Source of the DNA: Octopus sinensis
Taxonomy: Eukaryota
Assembly: GCF_006345805.1 (NCBI RefSeq)
Contig: NC_043020.1
Span: forward strand, 29,512,001-29,576,000
DNA length: 64,000 nt
Direction: 5' to 3'
The notes below the pieces were generated by a model. That model was not told the origin of the DNA, ran no database searches, and saw only the letters and a list, made by a program, of their open reading frames with translations. A program made the position numbers and the translations under genes. Below, piece after piece: positions 37,241 through 48,415 of this stretch. How positions within the stretch are numbered: position 1 is the first letter of the stretch; each line of letters begins with the position of its first letter.

Positions 37241-37843
37241 TATTCATGTGCAGGCTGTTCCATTGATTGGATCAACAGGAACCCTCATTGTCGTAACCGA
37301 CGGAGTGACGAAGAAGATGTATATGTGTTTGTGTATGTGTGTACACAGACACACACACACACACACACACATGCAAGACAGGTTCTATTCAGTTTCCATC
37401 TACCAAATCCACTCACAAAGTTTCGGTCAGCCCACGGCTGTAGAAGAAATCATTTGCCCTTGCTCAAGCTGCTGTACCGTAGGCTTGAACCTGAAACCAC
37501 GTGGTTAGGAAGCAAGCTTCTCAAAGGCACAGCCACACTTCTGCTTTCACAGACAATTAATCCAAATTACCAAACCCACTAATTATCTGCTATTATAGAG
37601 AAGTACATGTAAACTTGGTATCACTAACTTGGTACCATTCAGCTGTCATCAAATGCCAAACTAACAACAGCTTTGCAGTCTTGTATTCTTTTACTCCTTG
37701 CAGTCATTGGTGCATGGCCATACTGGGGCAACACCTTTTAAGGCTTTAGCAGACCTGGTATTTCATTACTTGTTAAATGTTTTGGTATAAAAGGCTACAC
37801 TGACATACTTAGGCATACACACATCTCTCTATATATATATATA

Positions 37844-38216
37844 CTAGCAGTATCGCCCGGCGTTGCTCGGGTTTGTAAGGGAAATAACTATATAAGCATT
37901 TTTAGAGTTATAGCAAAAAAATGGAAAAAAAATTATGGTAAATTTTTTTTTAAATCGTTGACTCATCATAGACATTTTTAGAGTTATTTCCCTTATATAA
38001 TAGCGAAAAAAATGCATTAAAATGGAAAAACATGATGGTAAATTATTTTTAAAATCGTAGACTCATCGTAGACGCGCACTAATACCCAGAAGGGCTCGAT
38101 ATGAATCACAACTATAAGATACCCGCTTTTGGTTACACTGCACCGCAAAATGTGGGAGTAGTTAGGAATCTAAATCGTAGGAGACAGACACACAACTTGA
38201 CTTTTATATATAAAGA
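37844..38216 (-). mobile_element. Non-autonomous Helitron
   Basis: Same family as 23727-24122. Confidence 0.85.
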
Positions 38217-39569
38217 TATCATCATCATCGTTTAACGTCCACTTTCCGTACTAGCACGGGTTGGACGGTTCGACTGGGGTCTGGGAAGCCAGGGGCTGCA
38301 CCAGGCCCAGTCTGATCTGGCAGTGTTTCTACAGCTGGATGCCCTTCCTAATGCCAACCAGTTCTTTTCTACTCTAGGCACAAGGCCTGAAATTTTGGGG
38401 AATGGGAGCCAGTCGATTTGATCCACCGCAGTACACAACTGGTACTTTATTTATCGACCCCGAAAGGATGAAAGGCAAAGTCAACCTCAGTGGAATTTGA
38501 ACTCAGAATGTAAAGACAGATGAAATACCACTAACCATAGCTTAGGGAGGTGGGCACATTTGGGCCTTCTGTGGAGTTGGGCGGGTCTGCTGTATAGGGT
38601 TGGCAGCTGGAGGTAGGGCACCAGACTCAAGGGTTACCCCAGGCACCACACATTCTTGTAACACTTTTGTGTTGAAGGCAGCCATAATCAATACAGAAGA
38701 AACCAGTTGGTAGGTAAGGGGAGAGAGAGGTGAGTAGGTAGGTAATACACTGACTGTTTGATCAGGGCTGACTAAACAACAAAACTACCAAGCTGTTTGT
38801 TAGACATTGTAAGGCTTTCTTCTTCTTCTGCTTAGCTTTCAATCATAAAGATTATTATTCACGCTCTCATGGAGCCTTAGATAACTGGGGGAAGAAGGAG
38901 GAGGAGGTAATGAAATGAAGGCGGCAAAACTGGGTTTGGGTTTACTGGCAACTTGCCTCAGTATATTAATAGTAGTAGTAGTAATAATAATCCTTGCTAT
39001 TATTGACTCAAGGTCTAAGACTTTAGGGGAGGGGATAGTTACATCGATCCTAGAGTACAAATAATGCTTATTTTATCAACCCCAAAAGGATGAAAGCCAA
39101 CCTCAGCAGCATTTGAACTCAGAACTTCAGAATACTAATAATAATAACAATAATCCTTTTTACTAAAGGCACAAGGCCTGAAATTAGGAGAAGGGGAATA
39201 GTCAATTACACTGACCCCAGTATTCAACTGGTACTCATTGACCTCGAAAGGATGAAAGGCAAAGTCAACCTTGTTGGAATTTGAACTCAGAATGTAGCAA
39301 TAGGCAAAATACCACTAAGCATTTCACCCGGTGTTCTAACAATTCAGCCAGCTCACCACCTTAATAATAATGATGATGATAATAATAATAATAATAATGG
39401 TCACTTCCATCGATTTCACCATCTGAGTATTTGAAGAAAAGGATTAAAAAAAAAGATACTGCATCTTATTTGTAATGGATGAATGAATGAAATTCAAGAT
39501 CAGGTATGGATTTTGCTATGAAGTCACAAAGGTGATTTTGATTTTACCTGCAATTGGACAAAAATGTGT

Positions 39570-40190
39570 CTGTTGATTCCAGAACAAAGCTCTTTGTTGT
39601 CCTGTTTCTTCATCTCAAATTGTTTCAATGCATCATGACACATTTTACACCACTCAGATCAATCTAAGCAACAACCTTCCCCAAGCTGTTTAAATCAAGC
39701 AGTAAAGAGTTTAGCGATTGCTCCAACTTGGCCTTATACCTTAGCAGGGGTCTTCCTTTACTGCTGAATCCCTCTACTTATTGGCCTTTCAAAAGAATTT
39801 TCAGAATGCGATCGTGTTGCATTTGAGCGACATCTCCTGCCCATTTGCACTGAATTCTCAACAGCAGGCTTTCAATACTGGGGATATCACATTTTTCTAA
39901 AAATTTTGACATCTAATATCTTATCTTGCCATTTTATGTCGCAGATATTGCACAAAGAATGCCTATGAAGAGTTTCAAGTTTCTTTACATGTCTGTCTTA
40001 GGGAGTCCATGCTTCAGCCCCATAGAAAAGTGTGTTCAAAATACAAGATTTCTACAAAGTTATATTAGTTTTCAAACTAACATCAGGTTCGTCACAGAAA
40101 CGATGAGAATGTTTATCGAAAAGCATTTGTAATCTTAGAAACTCTCTAACTTTGGTTTCATCATGAAGACAACTCTTAAAGCTTTCCATA
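39570..40190 (-). mobile_element. RTE-BovB-like LINE fragment (RT C-terminal region), decayed
   Basis: Minus strand gives KSCILNTLFYGAEAWT.*DRHVKKLETLHRHSLCNICDIKWQDKI...IPSIESLLLRIQCKWAGDVAQMQHDRILK...GRPLLRYK, with stops and frameshifts. Confidence 0.85.
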
Positions 40191-40244
40191 CTTCAAAGAT
40201 ATTCAAATGACCTCACCCATTTGAGTGAATCTGGTCATTTAAAT

Positions 40245-40535
40245 CATCATCATCATCATCATCGTTTAATGCTTGTTCTCCATGCTAGCATGGGTTGGAT
40301 GGTTCCACTGGGGTCTGGGAAGCCAGAAGGCTGCACCAGGCTCCAGTCTGATCTGGCAATGTTTCTACAGCTGGATGCCCTTCCTAACGCCAACCACTCC
40401 GTGAGTGTAGTGGGTGCTTTTTACATGCCACTGGCACAGGTGCCAGGCGAGGCTGGCAACGGCCACAATCGGATTGGTGCATTTTACGTGCCACCGGCAC
40501 AGAAGCCAGTCTAGGCGGCGCTGGCATCAGCCACC
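40245..40535 (-). mobile_element. SINE family C
   Basis: (CAT)n CGTTTAATG...CTGGATGCCCTTCCTAACGCCAACCACTCCGTGAGTG. Confidence 0.85.
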
Positions 40536-41201
40536 TTCAGATAACAACAACAACAAAATCCGCTAACACAACCATAAGATCACATACATCTTTTGAGGAG
40601 GAGTGGATAAGGAATGGCTTTTGAGCCAACAATATTAGCTGAAGAGAATATACCTCGTTAAGGGCAGGCATCATCAGCACCATACATGCATAATACAGTG
40701 ATTAGAAAAACTAATCAACTGAGAAGATTCAAGCAGTTAGTAATTAGAAATTCCTGATCAGATGCAAAGCTTATGAAGCTTCTTGCTCCAGTTTCACTAA
40801 CAAAACAGGTTTCACTTCAACTTCACGGTTGAGTGGTCACCAATGACAAAAAAGAAAAAAAAGGCCAGTTCTACTTGAAGAAACAGACCATCGATCCCAT
40901 CCCTGTTTTAATGTGTGGTGTGTATTGGAGCAGAAAACATTACTTTGGTTGTTTGTTTGAAATTATTATTTATGTTCAGCAGGTAAAACTGATAAAGTGC
41001 TAGATTGACTAGAATAGGTTACTAATAGCTAAATAAGTAGATGTTTAGGTAAATAATATTTGAATAAAGAATAATGAGAATTTCTTTTACCTGGTGACTG
41101 ATCATTTGGTGGTTTAGGCTGAGTAATAAATATGGTTATTTGGCTGTTGACTCTGGCGCCAAAACTGAACCTACAGCAAAGAGAGACAGGCTACACATAA
41201 A

Positions 41202-41593
41202 TCTCTCTCTATACAAAGCTGAAGTTGTCTGTGTGTGGCAGGTTTGGTAGCCTTCTACTAACACTACCTCCTCCGAAACCCTGCAGCACAAGTTGACCAA
41301 AATTGAGAGAATGATAGAAGAAGGCTTGCTCTTCCTTCCGTAGAAGAAAAAATTCAAATCGGACCATGTTAACACCAAAAATTATTTACATCAAAAAGGT
41401 GCTTTTTTTTCTACGAAAATCCCTATTTTGTACGATTTTTTTACTACTGTGTTGCCATTTTTCGGTGTATTTCAACCAGAAAAACGTTCACTTAAAGAGA
41501 ATAACAAGCTACATAATACAAAACTTTTACTTTTCAAAAATTCTTATTCTAAAGGGTCGAAACAAACCCGAGCAACGGGTTTGATACTGCTAG
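41202..41593 (+). mobile_element. Non-autonomous Helitron, second family, complete
   Basis: A|TCTCTCTCTATACAAAG...TGTCTGTG at the 5' end; AAACCCGAGCAACGGGTTT hairpin and CTAG|T at the 3' end. Confidence 0.8.
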
Positions 41594-42416
41594 TATATAT
41601 ACAAATTTCTTTTACCTGGTCTTAGGTCACACAGCTTGACCCCCAAAAGGATGAAAGGCAAAGTCGACTTCAGAGTTTGAACTCAGAATATATGTTGACT
41701 CTGGTAAGAATTGAACCTACAGCAAAGAAGTATAGATTGCATGTAAATCAACCACATTGAAAGCACCTGTTTTCATTCAATCACCAAAGTTGAGCAACAA
41801 GGAACCCAGTAAGAATTCAATGTGGATGGCTGCTTGGTAAGTGTAGGTCCTGGAAGCATTGCTTGGCTGTGTGGTTAAGAATCTCACTTTGCAACCACAT
41901 GGTTTGGAGTTCAGTCCCACTATGTGGCACCTTGCGCAAGGGTCTTCTACTATAGCCCTGGGTCAACCAATGTCTTGTGAGTTAAGTGAATTTGGTAGGC
42001 AGAAACTGTGTAGAAGCCTGACAACTGGTGTTGGTTCATTTATGTCCCCATAACTTACCAGTTCAGCAGAAGAGACCACTATAAGTTCCAGAGTTAAAAA
42101 TAAATACCAGGGGTCACTTTATTCATCTAAACCCATCTTGGTGGTGCTCCAGCATGACTGCAGTCCAATGATAAGAAATATAAAATTTAGATAAATAATT
42201 GTTTCTATTTTAAAGACATCAGGCCATCGATTTTTGAGGGGAGGGGCATTAATTGATTACATTGACCCATTACTGGATAGAGACTTTATTTTATCAATCC
42301 TGGGGAGATAAAAGGCAAAGTGAACTTCAGTAGGATTTGAAGTCATGAACCAGAAAAAATGCTGCAAAACCCTTTTTTCCAACACTTTAATGATTTCGCC
42401 AATCCACTGTCCTTAA

Positions 42417-42636
42417 CCCTTTCATTACCAACCTGGCTGAAACCGGCTCTGGCTCTGTGGTACAAATGTCTTGTTTTCATAAGTTTTTAATTAAAATCTT
42501 CCACCAAACCTTAATCACAATTTATGTTCCTAACACTAGCTTAATGATAACTAAGTTATTTTACTAAATTCTTCATTATATTTAAAATTAATTGAAAGAA
42601 ACACAACATCTCAGAATAAATACAGTAACGAAAGGG
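42417..42636. mobile_element. piggyBac-type MITE with TTAA TSD
   Basis: TTAA|CCCTTTCATTAC ... GTAACGAAAGGG|TTAA. Confidence 0.85.
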
Positions 42637-42666
42637 TTAATTGGATAAATAAATCTGTATATGGCC

Positions 42667-42945
42667 ATGGTGTGTCCACATTTAGGGTTTACATCACCAG
42701 TCTAGAACATCTATCATGGTCAACAGATCAATCTTTGGGAAACTGTTCAGAAAAGTGCAACCAGATGACCACCCCCCATCAGGCGTCTACCATACTCTGA
42801 ACGTCTTGCTTCCCTGGGCAGGAACACATCAAAGCTCAGATGTCTGGCAACTGACTTGGCAGACATCCACAAGATTCCCAACAACAACCTTGGGCACCAT
42901 TTTTTGATGTTCGTATATTTAACCCTCATGACTTTCAGAAACATT
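42667..42945 (+). mobile_element. CR1-type LINE fragment
   Basis: INLWETVQKSATR*PPPIRRLPYSERLASLG...LATDLADIHKI matches the CR1 LERVQRRAT...YEERL..LG...RGDLI..YKI pattern. Confidence 0.75.
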
Positions 42946-44246
42946 TTTTTTGTTTTTTACTCTCAGAGTTGCTCAAGCATGAAATAAACTACTTCCATGC
43001 ATCAGTTGTTAGCTGTGAAGACCCTACATCTTTCAAGACTTCCATGCTTCCTGAAATTCGTCAACACCACACCTGATTTCCCCTCCCCTCGTTTCTTCTT
43101 CTTCCCTGTTTTTTTTTTTCTAAGACTCATTTACCGTTCATTTCCTGTGCATCAGTCTACATCCTGTTCGTGCACTCTTGGCAACTTTTTCTAACGAATT
43201 ATAGTCTACCTGAGTGGTATATACAATAAGTTCATTGTATTATAACATCTGTCAATTTCTTTTACCTGGCCACAGGTTACATAACCTGTTTAGGTCGGGG
43301 AATAAATATAATTATCTGGGTGTTGGCTTTGGTAGGAATTGAACCCACGATGAAGAGGAATAGCTTACATATACCTAAATAAGCAGATGTTTCAGTACAG
43401 AGTCCTTGACTAAACAATAATGTAATTCTTGAACCCCAGTCCCAGGTTACACAACCAATTTAAGTTGAATAATAAATAGAAGTGTGAAGGCACGTGGCCT
43501 GGTGGTTAGGGTGTTGGGCTTGCAGTCATAAGATCATGCTTTCAAGTACCGAACCGAGCAGTGCATTGTTCTTTAGTAAAACACTTCGTCTCACATTGCT
43601 CCACTCCTGTGCACTCAGGGTCAATGAAATAAGTACCAGTTGTGTATTGGGGTCGATGTATTCAACTTGCCCATCCCCTCAGAATTACTGACCATGTGCC
43701 AAAAACTAGAAAGAATTATTTATTTATTTATTTCAGGTGACAAAACTGTTAGCATGTTGGACAAAATGTTGGGTGGTATTTCTTCCGTCTTTTCACATTC
43801 AAGGTTCAAATGACACCAACATCATCTTCACCTTTCATCTTTTCACAGAATATTGAAATAAGTACCAGTTGAGCATTAGGGGTTGGTCTAATCAACTAGT
43901 TTCCTCCCCCAAAATTTCAGGCCTTGTGCCTAAAACAAAATCAATTATTTATTTATTTATTTATTCATTTATTTTGTAATGTCTGAAAATTCCTGAACCA
44001 AAATGAAAATAGAATTTGCTACAGAAATGTCATTGATAAGAAAGTAAGAATGAAAATAGCAACATAACCAGACAAGTGCCAAAGGAGGAATTTGGTTCTT
44101 ACATTGGCAAAAGGCCTCGAATTTGTAGGAGAGGTAGCGTCAACCTTTGTGCTTTATTTCACCAATCCCAGAAAAATCAAAGACAAAACTGAATTCCATG
44201 GAGACCAGTTTTTCAACTTTGCTTTTCATCGTTCTAGTGTTGTTAA

Positions 44247-44406
44247 CCCTTTGGCATTTAAACCAACCATATCGAGGGCCAAATATTCAACCAGCTTTAT
44301 GTTCAAACCAGTCAGATCCAGCTTATCACACCTACCCTACAATGTCATTTTAAAAGTAAACAATCACATCATTGAAATCTTAAAACTGTGAGACAATGCA
44401 TGATTA
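44247..44406 (+). mobile_element. piggyBac-type MITE (left part), interrupted by the 44407-45497 element
   Basis: TTAA|CCCTTTGGCATTTAAACC...; family sequence resumes after 45498 (AATGCATGATTAGTTCAAAATAA). Confidence 0.75.
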
Positions 44407-44452
44407 CATTATTTACATTTGACGGATATTTGTCCTCATCTTGTTTGTTGTT

Positions 44453-44498
44453 AACACAACGTTTCAGCTGATGTACCCTCCAGCCTTCATCAGGTGCC
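44453..44498 (-). ncRNA. Minimal type I hammerhead ribozyme, intact core
   Basis: GGCAC-CUGAUGA-A-GGCUG(gagggtacat)CAGCU-GAAAC-GUU-GUGUU. Confidence 0.8.
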
Positions 44499-44569
44499 TT
44501 TGGGAAATTTTGAACCTGGGTTCGCATTCCTAAGCTATTTTTCGATGTTGTTATTATTATTATTATTAT

Positions 44570-44710
44570 TCAGGTCACTGTCTGGAATCGAACTTGGAAT
44601 CTTGGTGTTAGTAGTCCACGCTCTTAACCACTATGGGCATATGGCATAGTGGTTAAGAGCACAGGCTACTAACCCCAAGATTCCAAGTTCGATTCCAGGC
44701 AGTGACCTGA
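44570..44710. other. Head-to-head pair of tRNA-like Pol III promoters
   Basis: Each arm has A-box TAGTGGTTAAG and B-box GTTCGATTCC, 9-nt spacer between arms; not a functional tRNA (no proper acceptor stem). Confidence 0.75.
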
Positions 44711-44715
44711 ATAAT

Positions 44716-44749
<34 letters not shown>

Positions 44750-45291
44750 TGCCCTGGTGCAGTACCAGGCAGTGGCTCTCATGGCTTCTGATCTTAACTG
44801 ATTGGAAGTGTTATCATGTACATTGTTTTGTCTTGGTATAAAAGATGGACTACAGCAAATATTCTGCTCAATACCACAGATTTGCTTGTCAGTTGTTTGA
44901 CCTTAACCAGTTGAGCATGTCCCTTAGTGACCGACAATATGTGCATCTCTGATCCCAAGCAGAAGTAGTGGGGGAGCATCATAGTCATGTGTTGAGAGGG
45001 ATTCTTAGGGGTTTGAATAATTCACCTCTGGAAAGATGGGTGTTTCATTCAACATCCTTAAACAACTCTTATTCAGGGACCTTTTGAGTGGGATGGGTTA
45101 CTCAACCAGAAGAAAAAATTCTAACTGGGCCCCATCTGTTTATCTTGATATGAGATCACCATGTCACGCACATATGGTTGTGATGCATGTGCCCGGTGTG
45201 CCCTTATCAGACGGGTAGTCATGATGGGTATACTGGGCTTTGTATATTTTACCCCAGTGTCACTTTGATGGCATGCACTGCTCTCTCACTC
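44750..45291 (+). mobile_element. ~540-bp non-coding retroposon 3' segment inserted in the (TAA)n of the right arm
   Basis: Bounded by (TAA)n on both sides; no counterpart in the left arm; 13-bp stem near its 3' end. Confidence 0.55.
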
Positions 45292-45369
45292 AATAATAAT
45301 AATAATAATAACAACAATGACATCGAAAAATACCTTAGGAATGAGAACCCAGGTTCAAAATTTCCCCAA

Positions 45370-45415
45370 GACACCTGATGAAGGCTGGAGGGTATATCAG
45401 CAGAAACATTGTGTT
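45370..45415 (+). ncRNA. Minimal hammerhead ribozyme, mutated
   Basis: GACAC-CUGAUGA-A-GGCUG...CAGCA-GAAAC-AUU-GUGUU; stem II closing pair and stem III C-G pair are broken. Confidence 0.65.
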
Positions 45416-47256
45416 AAGAACAAACGAGATGAGGACAAATATCCGTCAAATGTAAATAATGTACATAATTCCTCATTTGTTAAATATAGAACTGTATAAT
45501 GCATGATTAGTTCAAAATAATTGTGGCTGTGTGGTAAGAAGTTTACTTCTCAACCGCGTAGTTCTGGGTTCAGTTCCACACCATGGTACCTTGGGCAAGT
45601 GTTTTCTACTATAGAAAAGTGATATGACGACGACGACGACGATGATGTGATCACAAGAACATAAACATACAGGTCTCCACAGCAGGTTATACTAGTGGAC
45701 CACAAACCACATAAAATATACGCCACACACCACACAATATGTGCCACTAAACTGCAATAGTATAAACGTTACCATGGCAATACATACCACTAGGCCATAA
45801 TAACAATACCACCGAGTGCTAACACATACCACTATCACCATGAGAGTATATAGCCCTGGGATGCAACATCGTAAATAACCACACAAAGGCTACAATGCAA
45901 TCTACTTCCCTTTAAACAATGCACAATGGGTCCTTCGTGAGGGTTCCCTAAAGCGTTATTACTACTGTAAGTAGCAATTATTATGAAACCTAAGATTCAA
46001 ATAGATTAATAACAGAGATACCTTACTTTCAGCAACAAGATACCCGCTAACACCCGTACCCCGATACTAACGAATACCTGGTTTCGTTTTCGACTGCCCT
46101 GACATCGTTCACAGAGAGAGAGCCACAAAGAGCAAAGAGAGGGTGGTGTCCCTACTGCTCTTCGAGTCTACTTCAAAAAATCGACTGCCCTCTGTCTCCA
46201 CTGCAAACCTACTGCTGCTCTCTGAACAAGGCTGCAAAGCTCCTACTGTTTGTTATACTTGCTGGGCAGGTGGAATTTCCTCTTCCCTTCGCTGATATAT
46301 ATTTATCTGTCTGGTCTCTTCTCGTTTTTTTCCCTCTCTCTTTCATTCTCCGCCGTTTGTCTGTCTCGTCACTTGTGTTGTGTTTTTGCTTCGGGAAGAA
46401 TCTAACTTCTAATCAGACATATTGATTAGTCTCCGTCTAGAATCGCTGCCGTTTTGCTGCTTTTGTCTATTCTACTCTCTCTGTATTTAAGGACCGATAT
46501 CTCATACTTATGACCATGGAATTCAAAAAAGGGGTGAGTAAAGAAACCGCTTCATTTTATTATAACAGTATTCGACCGATAATTGACATTTTTTCTTTTT
46601 ACAGCTTTCTCTCATTCTTCACACTTCGATACACCCAAAAGAACAAGCATGGACACACGAAACACAAGCAATTCTTATATATATATTCATATAAACACAC
46701 ATGCACACACGTTATATAAATATATACATATATATATATATATGTGTATGTATAAAGTGCTAGAATTATCTAATTGCTGGTGCGCGTAATTGTTCCCACT
46801 TTGTAGAGAACAGTTTGCCCTCGGATGTTCCCCTTCGGTTGTTAGGCTTATTTTCGGAGGGAAATCTATAAAAAAAAAAGCCAATCAGTCTATTTAGGGG
46901 TATAATTTGTATCTTTCAGAATATTTCCCTTCACCTGACGAACAGCCAAGTCTGTCTTTTTTTTACCTGTAGCTTGACAATCTTCACTGTGGCGAACACT
47001 TAATCATTTCTTGGTCGTTATGTCTCTTATATTTTTCAAATACCTTCTTAATGCTGTTAATTAACACCTGAATAATTATCATTAGCTCTCGATGTAATTA
47101 ATTTTCACACTTCATGTTCATAACCAAACCATTTCTCTCTCTCTCAACTTTGATTTAATATCTAGCTATACACTCTATGCAACGTATTGAGTTCTTCGCC
47201 AGATGTTTGCACTAACTTTGATATATTATTGATTTAATTGATATATTTGTTACATC

Positions 47257-47312
<56 letters not shown>

Positions 47313-48197
47313 TATATCTATGGTAACGTTACCCTTTTTAATACCCCCTACACACAGCTACGGCTACCTTTTAGCATTTCTTCTTCTTAGTTTCTGCATT
47401 GAAGCTAGCAAGGCAAAACTTATTCATGGACATAACGCAATTATACGAGTCATGTGTGTACAGTACACCCCAAATGTGTAGATGTATGCGCACATATATA
47501 TATATACGTGTGTGTGTGTGTGTTGCATTTTCTTATTTATACATTATGTGCGCGAGACGTGTGTGTGTGTATATATATATATATGTGTGGGTGTGTATTA
47601 TTCATGTGTGTGTGTGTGCGAATGACAAACACTTGTCTAGTGATGGCGGCAAAGACAGCCTTACTCTCTCTCACTCTCGCCAGACTGTTTATTCACAGAC
47701 AGTCGTTATTAAGATGAACCGACCGAACCCCCACCCCTTCCGTCCCACCGCATCTAACTCCATTAACTACAACAACATCCTGGGGCCTCAAGTATCTTCC
47801 CCAGTCCCCCCCCCCTCACATCCTTTATACCCTACCCCCACTCTGGCCCCGGCTGCCAGGGTTTTTGGGGGTTTTTTTCTTTTCCTTTTTTGACGTTTCT
47901 CACCTTCAAAAAACCAACCACACCAAATCAAACTCGCAGACTTTCATTGTTTTGAAGCCTTTCCCCAACTCCACCCTTTTTTCCCCTTTCCTTACCCTTT
48001 AGATCACCAAGTTTGTTATTTGGCCTTTGTCCCCCCCCCCCGGCTTTCCAATAAATTGGGCCAGCAATTCCGCGCGCACATGTCTGGGGGTGTGAATGGA
48101 AAAGACAGAATTGTGTGTGAGTGTATATATATATAATATGGCACACAAATTAAAACTCTCTCTCTCTATATGTAATATATATATATATATATATATA

Positions 48198-48415
48198 GGT
48201 ACTACTTGAGAACAGTGGCCCCGGTGCGCGCACTCGTGTAATCGCGCATCCGCGCTAGCTAGTCGTGACTAGTCGATCCTACAACGACTACCTAGCAAAA
48301 TAAATAAAACACAAAATAAAGAATTTTTTTACACAAAGTAAGGATCGACTAGTCACGACTAGCTAGCGCGGATGCGCGAGTGCGCGCACCGGGACCACTG
48401 TTCTCAAGTCGTACC
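48198..48415. mobile_element. CpG-rich MITE with ~75-bp TIRs in a (TA)n tract
   Basis: GGTACTACTTGAGAACAGTGG...GATCCT / AGGATC...CCACTGTTCTCAAGTCGTACC; ATATA on both flanks. Confidence 0.85.

Larger units (their letters stand above)
44407..45497. mobile_element. Foldback tRNA-head/hammerhead element (Penelope-like pLTR arms, no ORF)
   Basis: 44405-44635 inverts against 44645-44710 plus 45300-45463; 12-bp direct repeat AATGCATGATTA at 44395-44406 and 45498-45509. Confidence 0.8.

Noticed and set aside
40560-40850. Possible endonuclease-domain remnant of the BovB-like element (minus-strand SFISFASDQEFLITNC)
   Set aside because: Similarity is too weak to call without a profile search.
44645-44710. 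Possible tRNA-Ser(ACT) gene
   Set aside because: It has a CT-ACT-AA loop and A/B boxes, but no acceptor stem or long variable arm; it is a retroposon head.
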